A stretch of DNA of 64,000 nucleotides from Akkermansiaceae bacterium (GCA_018402445.1 JAGYIT010000012.1:86407-150406), one strand, 5' to 3'; counted from the stretch's first letter, positions 1 to 9,752 are shown. The notes: generated by a model from the sequence alone, not told the origin. Numbers and translations: made by a program.

Positions 1-1980
1 GCCGGAGCCGTCGGGCGAGTGGCATCCGAAGCAGGCGGCGGCGCCATGGTAGAGATCCTTGCCGCGCTGGAAGGAGGCGAGGGCTTTGCCCTTGAGGGCG
101 GGACCGGAGGGGCCTTTTTTCTGACCGGCCTTTTCGATCCATCCGGCGAGGGTCTTGTCGAGGGTCTTGTCGCCGATGGCGGCCTTGAAGGCAGTCTCGC
201 GGTGGTCAAGTCCGGAGAAGGCAGCGGCGGAGACGAATTTGTCCTTGGAGGTGTTCACGAGATCGTTGAGGCGCAGGAAAGCGGCGGGGGTGGCGATGGG
301 GCCGAGGGAGCGGGCGAGGTAAACGGCGGTTTCCTTGTTGGCAGGTTTGAGGGCGATGAGTTCTTTCTCCAGCTTTAGAAGCTCGGGGTGCGGCAAGGTG
401 GAGGCGGCCCAGAGGGCGGAGATGGCGAGTTTTTTGTCTCCGGACTTGAGGGCGGCGGCGATGGGGGCGGCGGTGAGTTTACCCATGCCTTCGAGAGTCC
501 AGAGGGCGTGGATGGAGCCGAGGCTCTGGTCTTTCATGGAGACGAGCCTGTGCAGGAGATCAAGGGTTTCCTGATCGGCCTCTCGGGAGTTGAGGACGCG
601 CTGCGCCATGTCGCGGTGCCAGCCGTTGGGGTGGACGAGGAGTTTGACGAGATCGGTGTTCGGGAGGGTGTCCATGTCGGGGACTTTCTCGATTTTCCCG
701 CCCTTTGCGGTGATGCGGTAGATGCGGCCGTGGCCTTTGCCGGGACCGTCAAGGCCGAGCTTTGTGTAATACTCGCGGAGGTAGGAGGTGACGTAAGTTT
801 TGTGCTGGATGATGCCATGGTACATGTCGAGCAGGTGGACGGAGCCGTCCGGGGCGTTGTAGATGTTCACGGGGCGGAAACGCTCATCGGTGGATGCGAG
901 CCATTCCTTGTCTTTGTAGGTGTGCTCGGCCTTGAGGGTGCCGTCCGATTCGGTGACCTTGATTGCCTTCACGAGGTTCACGGAGGACTCGGTGATGAGG
1001 CTCTGGCCGACCCACTCGGAGGGAAAATTCGATCCGCGGTAAATGGTGAGGCCGGCGGCGCCGGTGGCGGAGAGGAGTTTATAGGTTTCCGGATCGAGCG
1101 TGTTCTGGTCGTAGCCGTTGGACTTCTGGATATAGGCGCGGTTCAGGCCGGGGGTGACGCGGACGGGGAAAGGTTTATTGGAGCCGAGGCGCACGGCGCT
1201 GGAGGTCTTTGTGTTGAGAGCGGAATTGCCTTCGAGGAGGTTGGGGGCGATATTTTCGCCGATGAGGAACTGGGAATTGTTGTTGGTGTAGATGCGCCCG
1301 AAGTTATCGAAGGCGACGCCCCACTGGCCGCGAAAAGGGGTGTTTTCGACGATCCATTTATCGCCGTCGCGACGGATGCGCTGGGATGATTTCGCGTTAT
1401 AGAGCCAGTTGTCGAGGCCGCGGACAAGGCCGTTAGCGGCGTGCTCGACGTTGCCGCCCTGGATGTAGTCTTTGACAGCGACAACGGGTTCTCCGACGGG
1501 CTTGAGGCCGTCGCGTTTCACGAAACGGAGGAGTTCCTGATCGGCGAAAAGGAGGCCGTCGGGATAGACGGCGAGGGCGCGGGGGAGGAGGATATTGTCG
1601 AGGAAGACGGTGCGTTTGTCGGCCTTGCCGTCGCCGTCAGTGTCCTCAAGGACGACGATGCGTCCGTGGGGCTTATCCTCGTCGGTGCCGTCGATGTCGA
1701 GCATGTAGCCGATCATTTCGCAGACCCAGAGGCGGCCCGCGGGATCGTAATCGAGGGCGACGGGTTTCTCGATCATCGGCTCCGCGGCGAAGGGGGAGAT
1801 GGCGAAGCCCTCGGCGATCTCGAAGGATTTGATGGCGTCCTCGACGGAGAGGACGGGCGCGGGCGGGACGAGTTCCTCGGGGACGACGGGGTTCATATTG
1901 TCGTGGCCCTTGCGGTTGCCCTGCTGGGCGAGCAGAGGTGCGGAGAGGAGGATGAGCGCGGAGAGGATTCGTTTCGGCAT
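1..1980 (-). CDS. PVC-type secreted dehydrogenase-like / heme-binding protein (partial, runs off the window start)
   Basis: Read manually, not in the ORF track. ATG at 1980 gives MPKRILSALILLSAPLLAQQ (signal peptide), then ...FAAEPMIEKPVALDYDPAGRLWVCEM...GRIVVLEDTDGDGKADKRTVFLD, typical of the PVC membrane-bound dehydrogenase family. Confidence 0.75.
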   Translation of the reverse strand, partial: MPKRILSALILLSAPLLAQQGNRKGHDNMNPVVPEELVPPAPVLSVEDAIKSFEIAEGFAISPFAAEPMIEKPVALDYDPAGRLWVCEMIGYMLDIDGTDEDKPHGRIVVLEDTDGDGKADKRTVFLDNILLPRALAVYPDGLLFADQELLRFVKRDGLKPVGEPVVAVKDYIQGGNVEHAANGLVRGLDNWLYNAKSSQRIRRDGDKWIVENTPFRGQWGVAFDNFGRIYTNNNSQFLIGENIAPNLLEGNSALNTKTSSAVRLGSNKPFPVRVTPGLNRAYIQKSNGYDQNTLDPETYKLLSATGAAGLTIYRGSNFPSEWVGQSLITESSVNLVKAIKVTESDGTLKAEHTYKDKEWLASTDERFRPVNIYNAPDGSVHLLDMYHGIIQHKTYVTSYLREYYTKLGLDGPGKGHGRIYRITAKGGKIEKVPDMDTLPNTDLVKLLVHPNGWHRDMAQRVLNSREADQETLDLLHRLVSMKDQSLGSIHALWTLEGMGKLTAAPIAAALKSGDKKLAISALWAASTLPHPELLKLEKELIALKPANKETAVYLARSLGPIATPAAFLRLNDLVNTSKDKFVSAAAFSGLDHRETAFKAAIGDKTLDKTLAGWIEKAGQKKGPSGPALKGKALASFQRGKDLYHGAAACFGCHSPDGSG

Positions 1981-2105
1981 GGTTTTGGTTTTTGCGGGAA
2001 AGTTGGACGAAGGATACGCGTTGGTCGAATGGATTTTTTCGGATGAAACGCAGGGGGGGGAAGAAGCGGATTGCAAAGGTGAGGAAGGAGGGGAAGAATG
2101 AACGC

Positions 2106-2822
2106 ATGTTGGCACGACGTGATTTCATGAAGGCCGGGGTTATCGCCGCCGGGAGTGTTTTAGTTTCCGCACAATACGCGAGGGCGCAGGAGAAGGGAGG
2201 TTTCGCTCTCCCGGATCTGGCCTATCCGCTCGACGGGCTGGAGCCGCACATTGATGCCATGACCATGGGCATCCACCACGGCAAGCACCACGCAGCCTAC
2301 ATCGCGAACCTGAACACGGCGCTTGCCTCCGCGGATGATTTGAAGGGCAAGTCCATCGAGGCGCTGCTCGGTGATCTCCCGGCGATCAAGGACGAGAAGC
2401 TGATGACGACCGTCCGCAACAACGGCGGCGGCCACTGGAACCACAGCTTTTTCTGGGACTCACTCACGCCCGCCGCGAAGTCCGGCAAACCTTCCGACGA
2501 TCTCACCGCCGCAATCAACGCCGCATTCGGCTCCGAGGAGAAAATGAAGGAGGCCTTCGCCGCTGCTGCGATGACCCGTTTCGGCTCCGGCTGGGCGTGG
2601 CTCATCGAGAAGGATGGCAAGCTCGCGATCACCAGTACGCCGAACCAGGACGCGCCGATGATGAAAGGCGTGGTCCCCGACGCGGAGATCGGTAACGCTC
2701 TGCTCGGCGTGGACGTGTGGGAGCACGCCTACTATCTGAAATACCAGAACAAGCGCGCGGATTACGTCACGGCGTTCTGGAACGTGGTCGATTGGAGCGC
2801 GGTTTCGAAGAGGCTGGGGTGA
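2106..2822 (+). CDS. sod: Fe/Mn superoxide dismutase with Tat-like leader
   Basis: HHGKHH, NNGGGHWNH, FGSGWAWL and DVWEHAYY motifs; N-terminus MLARRDFMK. Confidence 0.95.
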   Translation: MLARRDFMKAGVIAAGSVLVSAQYARAQEKGGFALPDLAYPLDGLEPHIDAMTMGIHHGKHHAAYIANLNTALASADDLKGKSIEALLGDLPAIKDEKLMTTVRNNGGGHWNHSFFWDSLTPAAKSGKPSDDLTAAINAAFGSEEKMKEAFAAAAMTRFGSGWAWLIEKDGKLAITSTPNQDAPMMKGVVPDAEIGNALLGVDVWEHAYYLKYQNKRADYVTAFWNVVDWSAVSKRLG

Positions 2823-2828
2823 ATCGCC

Positions 2829-2895
2829 ATGGCAGCTTTCGCGGAAATTCTACGCCAAGCCACAGAGCTTTCCCGTGACGAGCGCGAGCAGTCGG
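2829..2895 (+). pseudogene. possible remnant of an addiction-module antitoxin
   Basis: MAAFAEILRQATELSRDEREQ resembles the N-terminus of putative addiction module components, then degenerates. Confidence 0.3.
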
Positions 2896-3093
2896 CTTGT
2901 AGATCGTTCTTGAGTTCTTCGATTTGGCCTTGATGGAAACGCATGAAAAGATTGCGCACGGTGTTAGTTCAAGGAATTCAGCTTGATCAGAAAGACTTCA
3001 CAATGTCCTCGCACCTCGACGCATACTGTTAATGCTGATGGGTTGTGGCACATCAACACTCTACGCGCGTGAGTGCACGCTGACGTTTACGAC

Positions 3094-3368
3094 CTACTCC
3101 TCCATAAACCGGTCCAGCGCTTGGTGTAGCTCCGGGGAGCGTTTTACGTGGTAGATGGGGGAGGGCTGGAGTGAGAGGCGTTTTCCGGCGGAGTTCTGGA
3201 AGTGGAGGATGACCGGGGTTGTGGCCGGGGTGGCCGGTGATGTGGTAGTGGATTTCCTCGAGGTCTTTGGCGGTGTGGCGGTGGGTCCAGAGTAGCAGTT
3301 CCAAGGGGCCTTTGCCGTTGGAGGCTTTCTTGGGTTTCAGCTCGGCGATGTCGGAGCCGGTGAGGCGG
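3094..3368 (-). repeat. extra copy 1 of the dnaE 3' end (about 275 bp, frameshifted)
   Basis: Aligns to 5297-5570 with a 1-bp insertion and mostly synonymous substitutions. Confidence 0.95.
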
Positions 3369-3413
3369 TATCGTCAAAAAGTATGGCTGTTGACGAAATT
3401 TCCTCTTCTGCCT

Positions 3414-3706
3414 CTACAGATACTTTCCCATGAAAAGAGCTGGAGAGATGGGCTTGGGATGGTATCCGGCTGTGGCGAGTGGATCGAAGTGGCGGTCTTC
3501 GGTTACGATAAAGTCCGCACCTGCGGTGATCGCACAATCCGTGAAAATGTTGTCATCTGGGCGATGACTTCTTCGTATTCCAGGAGGATCGGCGTGGAGA
3601 CCGCCAAGCCGAACTTGCCCGCGACCCATGCGTTGAGAATGGGGAAAAACACGTGGCCTGTTGCCCGCGCTTGGACGAGGACATTGGTGTCCAAACAAAC
3701 CATCAT
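3414..3706 (-). pseudogene. PIN-family toxin with internal deletion/frameshift
   Basis: MMVCLDTNVLVQ...LLEYEEVI in one frame and DDNIFTDCAITAGADFIVTEDRHF in another; the central segment is missing. Confidence 0.8.
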
Positions 3707-3939
3707 GCCCGGCGAAGCTGGCTTCTGACTTCGGAGATGATTTCCGGGAGCTTGTCCCATTTTCCGGATTCGCGCTCGGCCTCGGCCTCAGTTGAAATTT
3801 CCCTCCATAACTTGTCCTTCTCCGTGTGGAGGAGAACCTCGTGCACTAGGCGCAAATCCTCATCGGACATCGAATCAATGCGCTGGATCAGGTCAGGCTT
3901 CAGCGCGGTGGCTTTTGGAAATGTGAAGGCCATAGCCAT
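3703..3939 (-). CDS. putative antitoxin
   Basis: 78-aa ORF whose stop overlaps the PIN gene start (ATGA). Confidence 0.7.
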   Translation of the reverse strand: MAMAFTFPKATALKPDLIQRIDSMSDEDLRLVHEVLLHTEKDKLWREISTEAEAERESGKWDKLPEIISEVRSQLRRA

Positions 3940-4043
3940 GTGTATCGCATGGGGATACCTCTACCGCAAGATGTGTTTGCGGAATGGGAATTGGAGGTCG
4001 TCGCAGGATGTGGACACTGCGTCTCGCGGGGGCGTTTGGCGTG

Positions 4044-4162
4044 TCACCCCTCCATAAACCGATCCAGCGCCTGGTGTAGCTCCGGGGAGCGTTTCACGTG
4101 GTAGATGGGGGAGGGCTGGAGTGAGAGGCGTTTTCCGGCGGAGTTCTGGAAGGGGAGGATGA
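4044..4162 (-). repeat. extra copy 2 of the dnaE 3' end (about 115 bp)
   Basis: Matches about 5301-5415 and encodes FQNSAGKRLSLQPSPIYHVKRSPELHQALDRFMEG*. Confidence 0.95.
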
Positions 4163-4186
4163 GGGTGGATGAGGGAGGATGAGGGA

Positions 4187-4244
4187 GGAGCCGCGCTCTC
4201 CACAGCGCGTGTGGGAGGGCTCGCGTTCTGGAGAACGCGGCTCC
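4187..4244. repeat. REP-like imperfect inverted repeat
   Basis: ggagccgcgctctccacagcgcg ... cgcgttctggagaacgcggctcc, preceded by degenerate 10-bp tandem units gagggaggat. Confidence 0.7.
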
Positions 4245-4286
4245 GCTCCCGTCCTCCGTCCTCCCAAACCCGCGTTGACATCCCCT

Positions 4287-4376
4287 CCAACCCCTCCACC
4301 CGCCTGATCCACGCACCCTTCCCGGCGAAATACCTTGATCCACCAACGATTCCCCCCTTTTCTCGGATAAGATTTC
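4287..4376 (+). repeat. 90-bp direct repeat, copy 1
   Basis: Near-identical to 5081-5170; the two copies flank the TA module. Confidence 0.9.
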
Positions 4377-4386
4377 CTTGCATCCT

Positions 4387-4869
4387 ATGCAGACCGCGTA
4401 CATCGAAACCACGATCCCAAGCTATTATGTGGCGCGACCCGCAATGAATGTGATCCAAGCGTCCAGACAAGCGAGCACCCGTGCGTGGTGGGACGGTGGC
4501 CGCTCATCGTTCGACCTGTTCACCTCGCAAGAGGTCTTGCAGGAGGCGAAGCACGGAGATGCCGATATGGCACGCCAGCGTCTGGAGCTTCTTTCTCCAC
4601 TTCCCAAGCTGGAACTTACCGAGGAAGTCGGCGCGCTTGCGCAGAGTTTGGTCCGGGCTGGCTTGGTTCCCGAAAAGGCGGCATCGGATGCCATTCATAT
4701 TGCTGTGGCTTCCGTGCACAAAATGAACTACATAGTGACATGGAACTTCAAGCACATCGCCAACCCTTATACGCGGGATCGTCTGCGTGCCGTGGTTTCG
4801 GATGCCGGATTCCAGTTGCCTGTGATGTGTAGCCCGGAAGAACTGATCCAATACGATGAAGACACTTAA
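4387..4869 (+). CDS. PIN-domain (VapC-like) toxin
   Basis: YIETTIPSY, DAIHIAVA and YIVTWNFKHIAN PIN signatures. Confidence 0.85.
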   Translation: MQTAYIETTIPSYYVARPAMNVIQASRQASTRAWWDGGRSSFDLFTSQEVLQEAKHGDADMARQRLELLSPLPKLELTEEVGALAQSLVRAGLVPEKAASDAIHIAVASVHKMNYIVTWNFKHIANPYTRDRLRAVVSDAGFQLPVMCSPEELIQYDEDT

Positions 4870-5053
4870 GGATACAACGGTTGCCGCAGATCCCGTGATC
4901 TCCGCGGTGCGCCGCGCGAAAACGGCGGTTGCGGAGAAATATGGTTTCGATGTCATCGCCATGGTGCGAGCCCTGCGTCAGATCGACGAAGAGGAAAACG
5001 GGAACAAGGCGGAGGATCCAACCGCTGCCCGCGTAACGCCTCCCGCTGGCTAG
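4856..5053 (+). CDS. small partner protein (putative antitoxin) downstream of the PIN toxin
   Basis: 65-aa ORF overlapping the toxin; DPVISAVRRAK...YGFD motif is common in such partners. Confidence 0.65.
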   Translation: MKTLKDTTVAADPVISAVRRAKTAVAEKYGFDVIAMVRALRQIDEEENGNKAEDPTAARVTPPAG

Positions 5054-5080
5054 CGAGGCTCGCCAGATCCGGGAAGCCAC

Positions 5081-5170
5081 CCAACCCCTCCACCCGCCTG
5101 ATCCACGCACCCTTCCCGGCGGAAAACCTTGATCCACCAACGATTTCCCCCTTTTCTCCGGTAAGACTTC
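5081..5170 (+). repeat. 90-bp direct repeat, copy 2
   Basis: Near-identical to 4287-4376. Confidence 0.9.
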
Positions 5171-5296
5171 ACTGCCTTTGACCACGGTGTTGGCGTTTCG
5201 GCCGCATCCAACTACGAGGTCAAGAGGATCGATACGGACTACTTCACCGACACGTAATCGAAGGAGCCGAACAAGATGCTGCGATGAGAAGTCATT

Positions 5297-8200
5297 CTAC
5301 TCCTCCATAAACCGATCCAGCGCCTGGTGTAGCTCCGGGGAGCGTTTTACGTGGTAGATGGGGGAGGGCTGGAGTGAGAGGCGTTTTCCGGCGGAGTTCT
5401 GGAAGTGGAGGATGACGGGGGTTTGGCCGGGGTGGCCGGTGATGTGGTAGTGGATTTCCTCGAGATCCTTGGCGGTGTGGCGGTGGGTCCAGAGGAGTAG
5501 TTCCAAGGGGCCTTTGCCGTTGGAGGCTTTCTTGGGTTTCAGCTCGGCGATGTCGGAGCCGGTGAGGCGGCGGCCGCCGGTGCGGTCGTCGAGCTGGATG
5601 GCGATCTTGAGGCGGATGATGTTGCCGGGCTGGAGGATGCCGGAATCGCGGGCGGGGAGGTAGCTTTCCGACCAGAGCATGATCTCGCAGGAGCCGGTGA
5701 AGTCCTCGATGGTGAGGATGCCGAAGGCTTTGCCGGCCTTGGTCATGCGGGACTCGATGCTGCGGATCATGCCGGCGATGGGGTAGCGGGCGCGGGGGTC
5801 CTCCAGCTCGATCTCGTCGATGAGGCCGATGCGGTTGTATTTGTCTGAGTCGAGGACGCCGCGGAATTTGTCGAGCGGGTGGCCGGTGACGTAGAAGCCG
5901 AGGAGTTCCTTCTCGTGGGCGAGGCGGTCGTCTTTGGACCATTCCTCGACGAAGCTGGCCGATTCCGAGGCGCGGGCGGCGGGGGGCGGGGCGAAGTCCA
6001 TGGCATCGAAGAGGGAGGACTGGCCGGAGGCCTTGTCGCGCTGGGCGGAGGAGGCGGAGGCGACGACCTGCTCCAGGCGGGCGAACATGGTAGCGCGGTT
6101 CTCGCCGGTCCAATCGAGCGCGCCCGCTTTCACGAGGTTTTCGAGGATGCGCTTGTTGATGACCTTGGAATCGAGGCGGGAGGAGAAGTCTTCGAGGGAG
6201 TTGTAGGGGCCGTTGGCTTCGCGCTCGCGGATGGCGGAGGCCATGGCGGCTTCGCCGACGTTCTTGATGGCGGCTAGGCCGTAGCGGATGGCGGCTTTTC
6301 CGGAGGAAATTTCCGGGGCGAAGCGGAGGAGGGATTGGTTGAGATCGGGCGGGAGGATTTCCAGACCCATGCGGTGGCACTCGTTGACAAAGACGGCGAT
6401 CTTGTCGGTGTTGTTGACCTCGTTGGAAAGGAGGGCGGCCATGAACTCGACGGGGTGGTTCGCCTTCATGTAGGCGGTCCAGTAGGAGATGTGGCCGTAG
6501 CAGGCGGAGTGGGATTTGTTGAAGCCGTAACCGGCGAAGGCGTTGATCTTGTCGAAGATGGCGTTGGCGAGCTTCTCGCCGATGTTGTTGTGCTCTTTGG
6601 CTCCGGCAATGAATTTCACGCGCTCCTTGGCCATCTTCTCGGCGTCCTTTTTTCCCATGGCGCGGCGGAGGAGGTCGGCGCCGCCGAGGGTGTATCCGGC
6701 GAGGACTTTCGCGGCGTTCTGCACCTGCTCCTGGTAGATCATGACGCCGTAGGTGCTGCCGGAGATCTGCTCCATGAGGGGATGCTCGTACATCGCCTTC
6801 TTGCCCTTTTTCACGTCGAGCATCTGGTCGATGAACTGCATCGCTCCGGGGCGATAGACGGCGATGAGGTCGATGATATCGTCGATACTACGGATCTCGT
6901 ACTTCTTGCAGGTCTCGACCATGCCGCCGGACTCAAGCTGGAACACGCCCATGGTCTCGCCGCGGTTGAGCATGTCGAAGGTGGGTTGGTCGAAGAGCGG
7001 GACTTTCTCGATGTCGAAGTCCGGGGTGTGTCGGCGGATGTGGGAGACGGCGTCGTGGATGACGGTCAGGTTTTTCAGTCCGAGGAAATCCATTTTCAGG
7101 AGGCCGACCTCGGTGATGGCGTTCATGTCATATTGGGTGACGACCTCGCCCTCGTTGCCGCGGGTGAGGGGGACGTGCTCATCGAGCGGCCTATCGCCGA
7201 TCACGATGCCGGCGGCGTGGATGCCGACGCTGCGGTTGATACCTTCGAGGCGGAGGGCGTAGGACCAGAGTTCCTTGTAGGTGGAGGAGGACTCGATGAG
7301 TTCACGGAGCTCGGCCTTCGCGTCCCACTCCGACTGGAGGGTGGTGCCGGGTTTCGGCTCGATCATTTTCGCGATGCGGTCGGCCTCGCCGTAGGAGATG
7401 CCCATGACGCGGGAGACGTCGCGGAGCACAGACTTCGCGCCCATGGTGCCGTAGGTGATGATGTGGGAGACGGATTTCTCGCCGTATTTTTTCCGCACGT
7501 AATCGATGACCTCGGCGCGGCGCGACTGGCAGAAGTCGATATCGACGTCGGGCGGCGAGACGCGCTCGGGGTTGAGAAAACGTTCGAAGAGGAGGCCGAA
7601 CTGGAGCGGGCAGATATTGGTGATGCCCATCGCGTAGGAGGCGAGCGATCCGGCGGCGGAGCCCCGGCCGGGGCCGACGGGGATGTCGTTGTCGCGGGCC
7701 CACTGGATGAAGTCCGCGGTGATGAGGAAGTAGGAGGCGAAGCCGAGGGAGTTGATGGTATCGACCTCGTATTTGAGGCGCTCGGCGACCTCGGGGGAGC
7801 TGGCCTTTTCCTCGCCGTAGCGTTTCACGAGGCCGTCCTGGCAGATTTTCATCAGGTAATCCTCGCGCGGGGAGCCGTCGGGCGTGGGGAACTGCGGGTA
7901 TTTCTCGGAGGAGGTGGAGTCTAGCTTGATGGTGACGTTGCAGCGCTCGGCGATGACGAGGGTATTGTCACATGCTTGCGGGATGTCTTTGAAGATGCGG
8001 CGCATTTCAGCGGGTGTCTTGAAATAGACCTCCGGGGTGTAGCGCATGCGGGTTTCATCGATGACCATGGAGCCGGTGCCGATGCAGATCATAACATCGT
8101 GCGCCTCGTGGTCGGTGCGGTGGAGGAAATGGACGTCGTTGGCGGCGACGACCGGTAGCGAGAGTTTTTCCGCGAGGGCGACGAGCTGGGGGATGAGGTT

Positions 8201-8761
8201 GAGCTGGGCTTCGAGGCCGTGGTTGTGGAGTTCGACGAAAAGGTGGTCGGGGCCGAAGATGTCGCGGAGCTCGGTCATGGTCTCCAGAGCATTGTCGGTT
8301 TCGCCTTTCAGGAGCCACTCGTTGACCGGGCCGGAGATGCAGCCGGAGAGGCAGATGATGCCTTTGGAGTGGGCGCGGAGGATCTCGCGATCCACGCGGG
8401 GCTTGCCGTTATACATGCCTTCGAGGTGGCCGATGGAGGTGAGCTTGGAGAGGTTTTGCCAGCCTTCATCGGTCTCGGCGAGGAGGGTGAGGTGGGTGGC
8501 GGACTTGCGGTTCGGGATCTTCTTTTTCTCCGCGATGGTCTCCGGGGCGAGGTAGATCTCGCAGCCGAGGATGGGTTTCACGCCGGCTTTCTGGCAGGCT
8601 TGGTAGAACTCGATCGCTCCGAACAGATTGCCGTGGTCGGTCATGGCGACGGCGGGCATGCCGAACTCGGCGGCGCGTTGCGCGAGTTCCTTGGTGCGGA
8701 TCATGCCGTCGAGCAGCGAGAATTCCGTGTGCAGGTGGAGGTGGACGAAGGAATCGGACAT
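5297..8761 (-). CDS. dnaE: DNA polymerase III alpha subunit
   Basis: Start MSDSFVHLHLHTEFSLLDG (PHP domain); GPGRGSAAGS, PDVDIDF, KMDFLGL and FAGYGFNKSH motifs. Confidence 0.98.
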   Translation of the reverse strand: MSDSFVHLHLHTEFSLLDGMIRTKELAQRAAEFGMPAVAMTDHGNLFGAIEFYQACQKAGVKPILGCEIYLAPETIAEKKKIPNRKSATHLTLLAETDEGWQNLSKLTSIGHLEGMYNGKPRVDREILRAHSKGIICLSGCISGPVNEWLLKGETDNALETMTELRDIFGPDHLFVELHNHGLEAQLNLIPQLVALAEKLSLPVVAANDVHFLHRTDHEAHDVMICIGTGSMVIDETRMRYTPEVYFKTPAEMRRIFKDIPQACDNTLVIAERCNVTIKLDSTSSEKYPQFPTPDGSPREDYLMKICQDGLVKRYGEEKASSPEVAERLKYEVDTINSLGFASYFLITADFIQWARDNDIPVGPGRGSAAGSLASYAMGITNICPLQFGLLFERFLNPERVSPPDVDIDFCQSRRAEVIDYVRKKYGEKSVSHIITYGTMGAKSVLRDVSRVMGISYGEADRIAKMIEPKPGTTLQSEWDAKAELRELIESSSTYKELWSYALRLEGINRSVGIHAAGIVIGDRPLDEHVPLTRGNEGEVVTQYDMNAITEVGLLKMDFLGLKNLTVIHDAVSHIRRHTPDFDIEKVPLFDQPTFDMLNRGETMGVFQLESGGMVETCKKYEIRSIDDIIDLIAVYRPGAMQFIDQMLDVKKGKKAMYEHPLMEQISGSTYGVMIYQEQVQNAAKVLAGYTLGGADLLRRAMGKKDAEKMAKERVKFIAGAKEHNNIGEKLANAIFDKINAFAGYGFNKSHSACYGHISYWTAYMKANHPVEFMAALLSNEVNNTDKIAVFVNECHRMGLEILPPDLNQSLLRFAPEISSGKAAIRYGLAAIKNVGEAAMASAIREREANGPYNSLEDFSSRLDSKVINKRILENLVKAGALDWTGENRATMFARLEQVVASASSAQRDKASGQSSLFDAMDFAPPPAARASESASFVEEWSKDDRLAHEKELLGFYVTGHPLDKFRGVLDSDKYNRIGLIDEIELEDPRARYPIAGMIRSIESRMTKAGKAFGILTIEDFTGSCEIMLWSESYLPARDSGILQPGNIIRLKIAIQLDDRTGGRRLTGSDIAELKPKKASNGKGPLELLLWTHRHTAKDLEEIHYHITGHPGQTPVILHFQNSAGKRLSLQPSPIYHVKRSPELHQALDRFMEE

Positions 8762-8890
8762 GGGGCGGGGAGATTGAGGATTGTCGATTGTTGATTGTCG
8801 ATTGAAGAAACGAGAAGAGGTGATTATGCGATTGATTTCGGTGGCGGTGGTGGCTTGCATGAGTGTCCCGCCGGTTGGCGGAAATGATTT

Positions 8891-9700
8891 ATGTCTCAAG
8901 ATAACAAGCCCGCCGCCCCGCTCGGAACACCGTTGGGGGAAATTCCCCAAGCCCCTCCCGCGCTGGAGATGTTCCTCGATAAGCACCAGATGAAGATCAT
9001 CGCGCTGGCGGCGCTGCTGGCAATCATCGCGGTGGTGTATGTGGTTTACAAAGGCATCGCGGAGGGCGGCGAGAAAGCGGCGGGCGCGTTGCTGGCGAAG
9101 GCGGAGGATATTTCCGATCTGCAAGGAGTGGTGAAAAACCACGAGGGTACGACCGCCGCGTATAGCGCGAAGGTATTGCTCGCCGAGAAACAATGGGAGG
9201 ACGGCCAGCAGGACGACGCGGTCGCGACCCTGAACGCTTTCATCGACGGCGGAAAGAATCACCCGGCGCATTCGAACGCGAAGGCGAGTCTGGCCACCAA
9301 GCTCCTCGCACAAGGCAAGCAGGACGAGGCGGCGGAGATGTTCCGCGAGCTGACGGATGATCCGAACGCCCGTTTCCTCGCCCCCTACGCATGGATCTCG
9401 CTCGGCGACATGGCGGCGGCCAAAGGCGACACCGATGCCGCCATGAAGTATTACGGAATGGTTGAGATGGATGATCCCGGCAGCCCCTTCACCCGCGACG
9501 CCGCGCAGCGCGCGCTTTTGCTCAGGGCGAAGGCTCCCGTCGAGGTCGCGGCCGCCATCACGGTGCCCGAAACGAAACTCGGCGAAGACGAGGACGCACC
9601 CGGTGATGTGAAGAGGGACGACCTCATCGAGGCCGCGAAAGGAGGAGCCGGTGCCCCTGTGACGAATCCCCTGCTGGAAGAAACGCCGGATTCCGAGTGA
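8891..9700 (+). CDS. membrane-anchored TPR protein (YfgM-like)
   Basis: Single TM segment followed by helical TPR-like repeats. Confidence 0.7.
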   Translation: MSQDNKPAAPLGTPLGEIPQAPPALEMFLDKHQMKIIALAALLAIIAVVYVVYKGIAEGGEKAAGALLAKAEDISDLQGVVKNHEGTTAAYSAKVLLAEKQWEDGQQDDAVATLNAFIDGGKNHPAHSNAKASLATKLLAQGKQDEAAEMFRELTDDPNARFLAPYAWISLGDMAAAKGDTDAAMKYYGMVEMDDPGSPFTRDAAQRALLLRAKAPVEVAAAITVPETKLGEDEDAPGDVKRDDLIEAAKGGAGAPVTNPLLEETPDSE

Positions 9701-9717
9701 TATTGGGGAAAACCCGA

Positions 9718-9747
9718 TTGACAGGCGCTGCCGGCGATACTTAGCTT
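9718..9747 (+). promoter_or_regulatory. putative sigma70 promoter
   Basis: TTGACA at 9718, 18-bp spacer, TAGCTT at 9742, just before the GTG at 9753. Confidence 0.4.
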
Positions 9748-9752
9748 GAGCC

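Noticed and set aside
3094-5570. CRISPR- or DGR-like interpretation of the repeats
   Set aside because: The repeats are long gene-end copies without regular spacers, the differences are synonymous rather than adenine-specific, and no cas or reverse transcriptase gene is in the window.
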